From a virus, in IMG/VR virus record IMGVR_UViG_3300025520_000002: DNA of 57,319 bases. The stretch is one strand, 5' to 3'. The notes below the pieces were generated by a model. That model searched no databases and was not told where the DNA came from. It saw nothing but the letters and a program-made list of their open reading frames with translations. Every line of letters starts with the position of its first letter. The first letter of the stretch is position 1. The translations under genes and the position numbers were made by a program. Positions 35,217 through 43,263 of the stretch are shown here, one piece after another.

Positions 35217-35432
35217 TTGCCATTGATCGTCAACGTCCCCTCTACCCTGGCCATAACGCAGGAGGCCCGGCGTCGGGTCGAGCAGACGCTGGACCCCGAC
35301 AAGAGGGATGCCCTCGACGCAGCGGCTGAGTCTGTGTACTCGGCCCTACTCCCACACCTCAGACACAGGACAGCCGTGTTGCCTGCCGCAGTGCAGCCGC
35401 ACTACGCCCTGCTCAAGGAGATGATGTCATGA
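35217..35432 (+). CDS. Hypothetical protein (71 aa, TTG start)
   Basis: RBS GAGGGAGGA 6 nt upstream; 4-nt overlap with the next gene. Confidence 0.45.
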   Translation: MPLIVNVPSTLAITQEARRRVEQTLDPDKRDALDAAAESVYSALLPHLRHRTAVLPAAVQPHYALLKEMMS

Positions 35433-35890
35433 AGATCAAGACGAGTGAACTGATCGGCCCAGCGCTGGACTGGGCAGTGGCGGTGTGCGAGGAACTGCCG
35501 CTGAAGCTCGATCCGATGGGCTTCCGCAGTGAAGCACCGCAGGCGGTACAGGCCGGATGGTGGGTGTGGTACAGCGATTTCGGGTCAATGATTGTGGGCT
35601 ACAAGCCGAAGTATCGATCTGACCACGAAGGCTACAGCCCCTCCACCGACTGGGCACAAGGCGGCCCGATCGCCGAGCGGGAAGGTATTGCAGTTTGGCG
35701 CAGCACCACACCTGAGAAAGGGAAATGGGCAGCCGCCGATGAACGCTGGATGTCGCTGGATGTGGAGTCCGTTGAGTTCCTCAACTTACCCGACCCGTGG
35801 CACGGCCCTACCAGACTCGTCGCTGAGATGCGCTGCTACGTAGCGTCCAAGCTGGGTGACGAAGTCGATGTTCCAGAGGAACTGACGTGA
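35429..35890 (+). CDS. DUF2591/NinX-like phage protein (153 aa)
   Basis: N-terminus LIGPALDWAVAVCEE is typical of that family (from memory). Confidence 0.45.
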   Translation: MKIKTSELIGPALDWAVAVCEELPLKLDPMGFRSEAPQAVQAGWWVWYSDFGSMIVGYKPKYRSDHEGYSPSTDWAQGGPIAEREGIAVWRSTTPEKGKWAAADERWMSLDVESVEFLNLPDPWHGPTRLVAEMRCYVASKLGDEVDVPEELT

Positions 35891-36486
35891 CTCAGCCGCA
35901 TGACTCACAGACGCCGGACGCCACGCTCGAACAGCGTCAGTTCTGGCTCAAGGCACTGCGCGCGGCGGCCCGGTACAGACACCCAACGACGAAGCGGCAG
36001 CATTTCTGCCACGAACCGCTATACCGCGGGCATTACGTACGCCGCATTGTCATGTTGCGCAAGGCAATACAGGCTGCGGTGTACCCGCCAGAGGAAAACG
36101 ATATGAACACGCAACACATGACCAGCGAAGACCTCGCCTTCAACCTCGCCAACTTCTACGGCACCGAGAACTGGACACGGCACGCGCTCAACAAGCAGAT
36201 GCTCTACACCGACGGCGTGGCGTACTTCGCTGAGCATGCCGGTAACGGGGCACACTGGTTCCTCGATATCGTCGCCACGGAGCTGGCGCCCAAGGCAGAG
36301 CAGCCTGGACACGAGTTCATGGCCATCCGACTGATGGTCCACCCCGGTGGTACGGCGAGCATCACGGCCGACGATGGTGACGGCCTCGAACTCTACAAGC
36401 GTGGCATCCAGTGGACGGATTGCCCTTCTGGTACGTGGTCGTTCTACCTGACCGACAACGTGCTCATGCTTCCGACGGAGTACTGA
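35887..36486 (+). CDS. DUF6876-like protein (199 aa; alternative start ATG 36103)
   Basis: NLANFYGTENWTRHALNKQMLYTDGVAYFAEHAGNGAHWFLDIV resembles a plasmid/ICE-associated family. GTGA overlap at 35887; RBS GAGGA before 36103. Confidence 0.45.
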   Translation: MTQPHDSQTPDATLEQRQFWLKALRAAARYRHPTTKRQHFCHEPLYRGHYVRRIVMLRKAIQAAVYPPEENDMNTQHMTSEDLAFNLANFYGTENWTRHALNKQMLYTDGVAYFAEHAGNGAHWFLDIVATELAPKAEQPGHEFMAIRLMVHPGGTASITADDGDGLELYKRGIQWTDCPSGTWSFYLTDNVLMLPTEY

Positions 36487-36487
36487 C

Positions 36488-36643
36488 ATGCTACAGATCA
36501 TCGGCTTCATTTCCTCGCTGCTCACCGCCGTGGCGCTGTGTGTTGGTGCCTTTCAGGTAAGCGACCCGAAAGCGGCGATCCTGCTCACATGCCTCTGCAT
36601 CGGGCAGCTGATTGCCACCTTCTGCATACTGGAGAGCAACTGA
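36488..36643 (+). CDS. Micro-ORF, two-helix membrane peptide (51 aa)
   Basis: Translated by eye: MLQIIGFISSLLTAVALCVGAFQVSDPKAAILLTCLCIGQLIATFCILESN. ATGA overlap with the next gene. Confidence 0.4.
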   Translation: MLQIIGFISSLLTAVALCVGAFQVSDPKAAILLTCLCIGQLIATFCILESN

Positions 36644-37446
36644 TGAAACGCACGAACTTCGATGTCTTCACCGACCTGTTCAATGCGAACGGCTACGTCA
36701 CCAACGCCATGCTGGAGGAGGCGGGGGTCAAATATCCGTCCTCGTACACCACGTCGTGGCAGCGCGAGGTGCCCCCGCGCATCGTGCAGACCAACAACCG
36801 CAAGCCCTACCGCTACGCATTGCCGCAGGCCGCAGTGAAGCCGGCGATCGAGGCGACTCCGCCGCCCCTGCCTGACGTCGACCTGGACTCAGTACTGTTC
36901 AAGCTCGACGACGCGCCCGCCGTCCTTGACGGCACGGGTCACGTGGCGCCGGGTCCCACACCGGCAAAGCCTGCACCCGAGCTTCCGGTCTACACGCCGG
37001 ACATCAACGTCCTCATCAGTCAGGTGGCCGACCACATCGCTGCACAGATCGCCCACCAAGTACGTCTTCGCCTGCAGGACTACCTCATCCAAGCTGTGCC
37101 GGAAGACCTGCCGGTGTCCGAAGAAGAGGCCGTCACTCCTCCCCCTGTCCGTAAGGCCAAGGGAGACAGGCTTCACGTGTGCATCGCCGGCCTCCTGCCG
37201 CAGCAGGCGCAGATCATCAACAACGAGTTCGGCAAGGACATGCGCCTGTCGTTCATCCACAGCAACGCCAACCCAAAGGACGCCAAGGGTCTGCTCGCCC
37301 ACGCCGATGCCGCTCTCATCATGACGAAGTTCGTGGGGCACTGGCTCGATGGCGTCGTCTCCAAAGCAGGCATCCCTGTGCAGCGCATCACCGGGGGCAT
37401 GAGTCGGCTGCGTGACAGCTTGACTTCGCTCTACTGTACGGCCTAA
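36643..37446 (+). CDS. Putative DNA-binding protein with a DUF2325-like C-terminal domain (267 aa)
   Basis: Start MKRTNFD by ATGA coupling. C-terminus RLHVCIAGLLP...ADAALIMTKFVGHWL...GIPVQRITGGMS matches the DUF2325 pattern (from memory). Confidence 0.45.
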   Translation: MKRTNFDVFTDLFNANGYVTNAMLEEAGVKYPSSYTTSWQREVPPRIVQTNNRKPYRYALPQAAVKPAIEATPPPLPDVDLDSVLFKLDDAPAVLDGTGHVAPGPTPAKPAPELPVYTPDINVLISQVADHIAAQIAHQVRLRLQDYLIQAVPEDLPVSEEEAVTPPPVRKAKGDRLHVCIAGLLPQQAQIINNEFGKDMRLSFIHSNANPKDAKGLLAHADAALIMTKFVGHWLDGVVSKAGIPVQRITGGMSRLRDSLTSLYCTA

Positions 37447-37447
37447 A

Positions 37448-37471
37448 CTGCTAACACCTTATCTGATAAGG
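37448..37471 (+). promoter_or_regulatory. Motif copy CTGCTAACACCTT fused to the 15-bp palindrome CCTTATCtGATAAGG
   Basis: Starts 2 nt after the stop at 37446; the palindrome arm overlaps the RBS of the gene at 37480. Confidence 0.65.
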
Positions 37472-37479
37472 AGAGAGGT

Positions 37480-37734
37480 ATGGTAGGAGGTAACAACCCG
37501 TTCTATGACCCCATGAGGGATCAGTACTTCAGGGCCGCATATGGCCAGGGGGCACAGCTCACGAACCAGCAGCGGGCGGACCTCGGAGCTGTGAGTCTGT
37601 CCGAAATAGAGGCTCGCCTGAGACACTTCGAGCAGCAGCAAAAAACCATGGCCCAACAACGCGCCGTGTCCGGACCCGCGTCGCAGGAGGATGAAACACA
37701 CAAGCTGCGCCAACAACTGCTCTTGCTTTGCTAA
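37480..37734 (+). CDS. Hypothetical protein (84 aa)
   Basis: RBS AAGGAGAGAGG; its stop TAA lies inside the next motif copy. Confidence 0.5.
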   Translation: MVGGNNPFYDPMRDQYFRAAYGQGAQLTNQQRADLGAVSLSEIEARLRHFEQQQKTMAQQRAVSGPASQEDETHKLRQQLLLLC

Positions 37735-37740
37735 CACCTG
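37728..37740 (+). promoter_or_regulatory. Motif variant TTGCTAACACCTG
   Basis: The motif's TAA is the stop of 37480..37734; 17 nt upstream of the ATG at 37758. Confidence 0.55.
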
Positions 37741-37757
37741 AACACAAGGAGAGAACC

Positions 37758-38045
37758 ATGGCATTCAAACTGCCGAAGTACGAAGACATCATCAGGATGA
37801 GTAAGGAACTCAAGGACGCCGCCCTTGCACCGGTGCGCGCCAAGCAGGCGCGTGTCCGCTTCGATGCGGCGATCGCCAACCTCGAAGAGCAGCTCATCAA
37901 CGCCGAGACCAGGATCAGCGAGCTGTCCGCTCAGCACCCGCTGGACGTGGACAAGCTGGTCGACGCAGTCGATACCCGTACTCTCGTCGAACGTCGCATC
38001 AAGGCCACCCGTGACGTCTACGACCAGCTGTTCGGGGATGCGTGA
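37758..38045 (+). CDS. Hypothetical coiled-coil protein (95 aa)
   Basis: ATG preceded by AAGGAGAGAA (MAFKLPKY...). The upstream 10 codons of the ORF overlap the motif. Confidence 0.55.
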   Translation: MAFKLPKYEDIIRMSKELKDAALAPVRAKQARVRFDAAIANLEEQLINAETRISELSAQHPLDVDKLVDAVDTRTLVERRIKATRDVYDQLFGDA

Positions 38046-38473
38046 TGGACAAGAACATCGCAGCCATCCTCCGCGAAGACGCGCGTACCGTCACTGTCCG
38101 CTACACATCAGGCCGCACGTACGGGGCGAAAGGCGAGGACGCAAACGCCACATACACCTACGTCACGACTCTGGACCTGGCACCGGATGACCTCGTGGTC
38201 GTGCCGTGCAAGTCGCACTTCTCCGTGGCGGAGGTGGTGGAGGTGCACGACGACCTGCGCATCCAGCCCAATGAAGATGTCCAGTACGCGTGGGTTGTTC
38301 AGAAGGTAGACCTCACGCAGTTCCGCCAGATATGTGAGCAGAACAAAGCACTGCAGGAAGTCGTCGGCAAGGCGTACCAGCAGAACCTCCGTCGCTCGTT
38401 CGCCCAAAGTGTGTTGGCCAACCTGTCCGACGAGCAGAAGTCGGCAGTCACTGGCCTGCTGGGGAGTGCGTGA
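38042..38473 (+). CDS. Hypothetical protein (143 aa)
   Basis: GTGA/ATGA coupling; coding-like bias. Confidence 0.55.
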   Translation: MMDKNIAAILREDARTVTVRYTSGRTYGAKGEDANATYTYVTTLDLAPDDLVVVPCKSHFSVAEVVEVHDDLRIQPNEDVQYAWVVQKVDLTQFRQICEQNKALQEVVGKAYQQNLRRSFAQSVLANLSDEQKSAVTGLLGSA

Positions 38474-38625
38474 TGAAGATGCCTTCCTACGCACAGCTGT
38501 TCCTCATCGCCATGGGCTTCGATGACCTGCTCGTGACGCTTGCCCACAAGCGCGGGCGTCTCCCGCACCACACGAAGAAGGGTCCGGGCCGGCGGCACCA
38601 GCACGGAAAGCCGGAGGCCGACTGA
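38473..38625 (+). CDS. Micro-ORF (50 aa), basic C-terminus
   Basis: MKMPSYAQLFLIAMGFDDLLVTLAHKRGRLPHHTKKGPGRRHQHGKPEAD; ATGA overlaps at both ends. Confidence 0.35.
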   Translation: MKMPSYAQLFLIAMGFDDLLVTLAHKRGRLPHHTKKGPGRRHQHGKPEAD

Positions 38626-38960
38626 TGCACCACAGCCATATCTTCGACGCGGCGGCGGGCTACGGCAAACGGTTTCGTATGACCTCGCTTATCCGGGCAG
38701 ACACCCGTCTTCCCGACGGACGCGCCATCGAGATGATGAAGGAGCAGCTGGCCCACCAGCTTGCCCGAGAGCTTCTCAGGGAATCGGACATATTCCAGGT
38801 CAGTGAAGCGATGGTAGGGCTGTACGCCGTCGACGCTGCCTTCTTCGTCCTGACCACGGAGCAGCTGCGTCAGTTCGCAACGCGCCAGTTCAAGGAAGGA
38901 CTGGATCACGCGACCGGGTTCATGCCGAGAGAATGTGCCTTGCAGATGGAGATCTCGTGA
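38625..38960 (+). CDS. Hypothetical protein (111 aa)
   Basis: ATGA coupling at both ends. Confidence 0.5.
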   Translation: MHHSHIFDAAAGYGKRFRMTSLIRADTRLPDGRAIEMMKEQLAHQLARELLRESDIFQVSEAMVGLYAVDAAFFVLTTEQLRQFATRQFKEGLDHATGFMPRECALQMEIS

Positions 38961-39067
38961 TGGACTGCTACCTGCAGCCTGACCTCTACACCGCACTGCT
39001 CGTGACCTTCGGCGTCATTGCCGGAAGCCTCATCACTGTCCTGGCCCGCTGGGCCTTGACGCCCTAA
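38960..39067 (+). CDS. Micro-ORF, single-pass membrane peptide (35 aa)
   Basis: MDCYLQPDLYTALLVTFGVIAGSLITVLARWALTP; ATGA overlap upstream. Confidence 0.3.
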   Translation: MDCYLQPDLYTALLVTFGVIAGSLITVLARWALTP

Positions 39068-39077
39068 CGCACAAGAA

Positions 39078-39251
39078 ATGATCCGTCTCGCCCTCCTGTG
39101 GCTGCGCAGGTACAACGCAGCCATCCAACTGGACGCCGCCCGCAAGCTGCTTGAGATCGAGCAGTCCTTGGGGGCCGGCGCCGAACACATCATCCGAGCG
39201 CAGGCACTGGTCAACTCCAGGTACCACACCTGCCTTCAACTGGAGAAGTGA
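39078..39251 (+). CDS. Micro-ORF (57 aa)
   Basis: MIRLALLWLRRYNAAIQLDAARKLLEIEQSL...; its TGA overlaps the dut ATG. Confidence 0.35.
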   Translation: MIRLALLWLRRYNAAIQLDAARKLLEIEQSLGAGAEHIIRAQALVNSRYHTCLQLEK

Positions 39252-39706
39252 TGCAAGTCAACGTCAAGCGTATCCACCCCGATGCCAAGCTGCCCACCTA
39301 CGCAACCGATGGCAGCGGGTGCTTTGATCTGTACGCCCACCGACTGGAGGGCGGGTATGGACACCTGCGGGTGTTTGACGGCGTGCCTCTGGTGTGCAGC
39401 ACCGGTCTTGCGTTCGAGGTGCCCGACGGCCACGTGATGTTGGTGTTCAGTCGGTCCGGCCACGGCTTCAACTACAGCGTGCGTCTGGCCAACTGCGTAG
39501 GCGTCATCGACTCGGACTACCGGGGCGAGGTGAAAGTCAAGCTGACGTGCGACGAGAACAACGAGCGAGATGATCTCCTCGTCAGCCGCGGCGACCGCAT
39601 CGCCCAGGCACTGATCCTTCCGGTCGAGCGGGTTGAGTTTGTTGACGTGCCGGTACTGAGTGATACGGGCCGGGGCACTGGCGAGTTCGGTTCGTCGGGT
39701 GCGTGA
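39251..39706 (+). CDS. dut: dUTP pyrophosphatase (trimeric dUTPase)
   Basis: Motifs GSGCFDL, RSGHG, GVIDSDYRGEV and a C-terminal RGTGEFGSSG. Confidence 0.9.
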   Translation: MQVNVKRIHPDAKLPTYATDGSGCFDLYAHRLEGGYGHLRVFDGVPLVCSTGLAFEVPDGHVMLVFSRSGHGFNYSVRLANCVGVIDSDYRGEVKVKLTCDENNERDDLLVSRGDRIAQALILPVERVEFVDVPVLSDTGRGTGEFGSSGA

Positions 39707-40137
39707 TGTGGCATCGGTTCGGAGACGTCCGGGAGAGCTTCCTCTCCCGCCTGCAGGCAGGTGAAGTGCTGTCGTGGCATGTGCTGGTTGAACAAGGGAT
39801 GGCCAAGCGGTACGCCTGCCGGGTTGTGCGGGGGTGGAAGGAACAGGGCCTCATCCACGTGGCGAGGTACGAGCGCAACCACAGCGGCCCGCCTATCCCT
39901 TTCTACACCTGGGGCGCCGGTGACGATGCAGTCAAGCCGAAGGCCACACGCCCGAGGGTCCGAGCGCGCAAGTGGCGCAAGGAAAACCCCGACGCTTACC
40001 TCGGCGCTCTGATGCGGCAGCGCGCCAAGCGACTCATGAAGAAACCACCTGCGATGGACCCAGTCCTCGCAGCACTGATGGGAGCAAGTCGATGTTCAGA
40101 CAGTTCACCTGCCGGATCTTCGGGCACGCCCCCCTGA
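39706..40137 (+). CDS. Putative winged-helix DNA-binding protein (143 aa)
   Basis: ATGA coupling with dut; a wHTH-like segment, then a very basic tail (RPRVRARKWRK). Confidence 0.4.
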   Translation: MWHRFGDVRESFLSRLQAGEVLSWHVLVEQGMAKRYACRVVRGWKEQGLIHVARYERNHSGPPIPFYTWGAGDDAVKPKATRPRVRARKWRKENPDAYLGALMRQRAKRLMKKPPAMDPVLAALMGASRCSDSSPAGSSGTPP

Positions 40138-40295
40138 CCACATCGGGGTGGGCCGGCGGTGTGGGGTATGCACGCACAGCGTGGGACACCATTGATGGGA
40201 TGGGTACATGGCACCTACATCTGTCCGCGGAGTGTCCCCGCTGCGGAGAGCAGTATCTGATAGCCAACGTGCATGTCCCGGAGAACAGACCGTGA
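40092..40295 (+). CDS. DUF1660-like small Cys protein (67 aa)
   Basis: MFRQFTCRIFGHAP... plus a CPRCG pair; RBS GGAGCAAG. Confidence 0.45.
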   Translation: MFRQFTCRIFGHAPLTTSGWAGGVGYARTAWDTIDGMGTWHLHLSAECPRCGEQYLIANVHVPENRP

Positions 40296-40597
40296 TCGAC
40301 GGCAACCTCATCCGGGCTGAGTTCGCCCGGTACCTACACGAGCACACCCATACGAGATGGGGTCTCGACGCTGCACTGATGCACGTCGGGCGTATCTGCT
40401 ACGACCAAGGCATCAAGGACGAGAAGGAGCGAAAGAACATGGAACACGGCTGCAGTATTGGCGACGGACTCTCGGAGTGTCAGAGACGACTTTTCGATGT
40501 TCTGCTCGGGGATGACGGGCAGGCGTGGAACGAGGCCGAGCGGTACCTTGAGCGCGAAAGACCTGACCTGTACGCCGCCTTACGGGAGGGAAAGTAA
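40292..40597 (+). CDS. Hypothetical protein (101 aa, GTG start)
   Basis: GTGA overlap. Confidence 0.5.
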   Translation: MIDGNLIRAEFARYLHEHTHTRWGLDAALMHVGRICYDQGIKDEKERKNMEHGCSIGDGLSECQRRLFDVLLGDDGQAWNEAERYLERERPDLYAALREGK

Positions 40598-40779
40598 TGG
40601 CACTACTCCCATGGGACGTAGATACCACGCTCGGAAAAACACCCTGCACCAACGACCGCGATGCGTGGCGCTGCCCAAATATGAAATCAGTCGAGGGGGA
40701 TACCAGCATGACATACGAGCACTACAAGTGCGAGCTATGTGGAAGGCGTGAAGCTCTGGACTATGACGAGATGAGGTGA
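40597..40779 (+). CDS. Zinc-ribbon-like small protein (60 aa)
   Basis: The C..RC ... CELCG arrangement; ends within junction cassette A. Confidence 0.5.
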   Translation: MALLPWDVDTTLGKTPCTNDRDAWRCPNMKSVEGDTSMTYEHYKCELCGRREALDYDEMR

Positions 40780-40783
40780 AGCC

Positions 40784-40873
40784 GTGAGCATCGCAGCACG
40801 AATCAAAGAAGCGCGTGCCGCCGTCAAACGACTGCGGAAATACATCATCGTCGTTCGGAGGGCGAAGCCGTGA
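40784..40873 (+). CDS. Micro-ORF (29 aa) bounded by two junction-A cassettes
   Basis: VSIAARIKEARAAVKRLRKYIIVVRRAKP, translated by eye. Confidence 0.3.
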   Translation: MSIAARIKEARAAVKRLRKYIIVVRRAKP

Positions 40874-41208
40874 TCGTGAAGCCATTGACCATCGAAGACT
40901 GCGAGCATTTGTTCTGGCTTGCTGCACGGGATGTTGTCTTCTTCGGCACCTACGACGAAGGGGCCGAAGACTGGGACGCCGGCTGGCACCCTGCTGTGAA
41001 CTGCAACGACACCTTCTACTACGCAAGCGCGGACGCCTGTAGTTTCGATCCGCATGAAGCGAAGGAAATTCGCAGCGCATTCGAGCGGTGGGGATGGGCT
41101 GGCGTGGTTGCATGGTGCGCACTGAAACGTAACGAAGAACCGCTTCCGCACCTTCGGACGGATCAGTACCTAAAAGCTATATCTGCCCTGCTTGAGGAGG
41201 CGAACTGA
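40870..41208 (+). CDS. Hypothetical protein (112 aa)
   Basis: GTGA overlap; coding-like bias. Confidence 0.5.
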   Translation: MIVKPLTIEDCEHLFWLAARDVVFFGTYDEGAEDWDAGWHPAVNCNDTFYYASADACSFDPHEAKEIRSAFERWGWAGVVAWCALKRNEEPLPHLRTDQYLKAISALLEEAN

Positions 41209-41402
41209 TGGCGCAACACGGAACCTGCGGCGGAGAGCCGTGCACGTGCAGCCTGCACGCCGACGAGTGCGACGAGGGCGTCGGGGTCTTTCTCCCCGGC
41301 AGCAAGTACGGTGAATGCGAAACGCGCCCGTGTCGGAAGCAGCGCGATCTTGAAGACCATGACGCACGGTGGCGCGCGTGGTGCGGGGAGGTGAAGCCGT
41401 GA
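41208..41402 (+). CDS. Cys-rich small protein (64 aa), ends GEVKP
   Basis: 7 Cys; ATGA and GTGA overlaps. Confidence 0.5.
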   Translation: MAQHGTCGGEPCTCSLHADECDEGVGVFLPGSKYGECETRPCRKQRDLEDHDARWRAWCGEVKP

Positions 41403-41713
41403 ATATCTACCCGGCATGCAAAGGAAAGAACTGTGGCTGCACAGACGGGGTAAGCCACTCGTCGGAATGCCAGCAGGAGCACGACGATGCCTGCGCTGGG
41501 GTGCTCGGGCGCTGCTCTGTCCCTGTGTGGGTCGGTGGCTGCCCGGCCGGCACTTGCGGAGAAAAAGCCTATGGCACCCGCCCACCTTCACGCATGTGGA
41601 TGAACTACGCGGCCGGAAGAATGATGCGCGAGGACGGTCGATATGACGGTTACGTGCCGGGGCTGGCCTGCCCAAATCACGGAGGCCCGCAGGGCGGGGA
41701 GGTGAAGCCGTGA
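41399..41713 (+). CDS. Cys-rich protein (104 aa, GTG start), ends GGEVKP
   Basis: 10 Cys (CKGKNCGC..., CPAGTCG); GTGA overlaps. Confidence 0.5.
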   Translation: MNIYPACKGKNCGCTDGVSHSSECQQEHDDACAGVLGRCSVPVWVGGCPAGTCGEKAYGTRPPSRMWMNYAAGRMMREDGRYDGYVPGLACPNHGGPQGGEVKP

Positions 41714-41976
41714 GCATGGACATACTGAGCCGCTTGCGCAGCGCACCGAAAGGCGACAAGACCTCCCATGCCGCAGCGGATGAAATCGACCGCCTGCGCG
41801 CCGAACTCGCAGCCAGCCGTGAGCGCGAGGCGGAGCTGCAGCTCATCCTGTCGCGTGTTGCCGGGTGGGATCACCGAGGGAGCGCGCTGTGGGAAGAATA
41901 CGAACGCCACTACAGCGAGCCGTGGCCGTGCCCGCCTGACGATATTGGAGCACTCGCTGAAGGGGCGCAGGGATGA
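41710..41976 (+). CDS. Hypothetical coiled-coil protein (88 aa), ends EGAQG
   Basis: GTGA and ATGA overlaps. Confidence 0.5.
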   Translation: MSMDILSRLRSAPKGDKTSHAAADEIDRLRAELAASREREAELQLILSRVAGWDHRGSALWEEYERHYSEPWPCPPDDIGALAEGAQG

Positions 41977-42656
41977 GCGAATGCAAATGTGACTTCCGCG
42001 CCCGCATGGTCGGTGACGGCTGCGACGTGTGCAACCCGGCGCAGGCGCTGGAATATGCGGAGGAAACCATCGCCGAACAGGCTGTCGAGATCGACCGCCT
42101 GAACTCCTGCCTGCGCTACGAGCAGCATCGCGCAGAGCGTGTCGGCACACATGGACCGGGGTGTGAGACGTGGGGTCCAGCGCACTACAACTGCGCAGTC
42201 CAAGCAATCGAAAAGCTCAAGCACGCGCTGGCTGACCGCGACGAGGACCTGGAGAAGAACCTCGCAACGATTGTGCATTTGAGCGGACGACTCGCCGCTG
42301 CTCACGAGCGTGAGGCGCGGATGCGAGAAGTGCTGTCCATGTGTCGGGACTACTACACCCGGTTGTTTGGCGTACCGCGAGTCGCCGCGTCGGTGGTCCA
42401 CCCTAGCGCTGCGGGCCGGATGTTCGATGCCATCGACGCCGCACTCGTTGAAGGAGCCCCCGCCGTACGACAGACCCCGTGCGCGCGCCACTGCGAAGCC
42501 ACTGCATTCCAGATCAAGATCCGCAACCTGCAGAGTCAGGGGTATGAGCTGCTCGGGGTTATCGCCGATGTTGAACAGGGCCATGGCTTCGACGATGTGT
42601 GTCTCAGGACGCTGAAGCGGGTGGCCGGTGCATTGCTCGACGGAGCGCAGGGATGA
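41973..42656 (+). CDS. Hypothetical Cys-containing coiled-coil protein (227 aa), ends DGAQG
   Basis: N-terminal CKCD...GCDVCN; ATGA overlaps. Confidence 0.55.
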   Translation: MSECKCDFRARMVGDGCDVCNPAQALEYAEETIAEQAVEIDRLNSCLRYEQHRAERVGTHGPGCETWGPAHYNCAVQAIEKLKHALADRDEDLEKNLATIVHLSGRLAAAHEREARMREVLSMCRDYYTRLFGVPRVAASVVHPSAAGRMFDAIDAALVEGAPAVRQTPCARHCEATAFQIKIRNLQSQGYELLGVIADVEQGHGFDDVCLRTLKRVAGALLDGAQG

Positions 42657-43024
42657 GTGCCTGCTACTGCGACTACGAGCCGGCGCAGTTCTACGTCTCC
42701 GAGGCGCGCACTGCACGCAAGCAGCACAAGTGCTCAGAGTGTGGCCGGTTGATCGCTGAAGGTGAGCGCTATGAACACGTCCGCGGTAAGTGGGACGGCG
42801 ACATGGGGACGTTCAAGACCTGCCCCCGATGCCTGTCGCTGCGCGAGTGGGTCAAGGCGCACGTTCCATGCTTCTGCCTCGAACATGGGAACCTGATAGA
42901 GGAGGCAGTCAGTACGGCGCAGGCGTATGCGCACGAGGCACCCGGACTACTGTTCGGTGCCTATCGTCGTTTGGTGGGTATCAAGCGAGCACCGAAGACC
43001 AAGAGTACCGGAGCGCAGGGATGA
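42653..43024 (+). CDS. Cys-rich protein (123 aa), ends TGAQG
   Basis: CYCDYEP...HKCSECG...CPRC...CFC. Confidence 0.55.
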   Translation: MSACYCDYEPAQFYVSEARTARKQHKCSECGRLIAEGERYEHVRGKWDGDMGTFKTCPRCLSLREWVKAHVPCFCLEHGNLIEEAVSTAQAYAHEAPGLLFGAYRRLVGIKRAPKTKSTGAQG

Positions 43025-43263
43025 TGCTACTGCTCGGATGGACCTTGAGTGAGCTGGCGGAAGCCAAGGCGCGCTACACAAAGCACACAGGCGCCACCCC
43101 TGCGGCCGACATTACTGGCGCGACGGACGTCATAGTCTGGTGGGAGGAGCGGTACAACGGGCGACCGGGAGAAGTGCGGCTGATTACTGATTATGTGCCG
43201 GAGCTAGACCTTGCCTGGGCGTCGAAGACGTTCTGTAAGGTGTCGTCGGAGGTACTACGATGA
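43021..43263 (+). CDS. Hypothetical protein (80 aa)
   Basis: ATGA overlaps at both ends. Confidence 0.5.
   Translation: MMLLLGWTLSELAEAKARYTKHTGATPAADITGATDVIVWWEERYNGRPGEVRLITDYVPELDLAWASKTFCKVSSEVLR

Noticed and set aside
36538-36642. N-terminal extensions proposed by the ORF track: 36538 for the DUF2325-like gene, 27764 for the 41-aa ORF, 14335 for the membrane protein, 54801 for the DUF3310 gene and 39972 for the DUF1660-like gene
   Set aside because: The extensions overlap other genes, terminators or motif copies, and their translations are Arg/Pro-rich. Internal starts have an RBS or ATGA/GTGA coupling.
37457-37471. The palindrome CCTTATCtGATAAGG as an RNA hairpin that generally sequesters the RBS after motif copies
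   Set aside because: Only this copy, and weakly the one at 28582..28603, can pair the motif tail with the downstream AAGGAG. Other copies cannot, so it is not a general mechanism.
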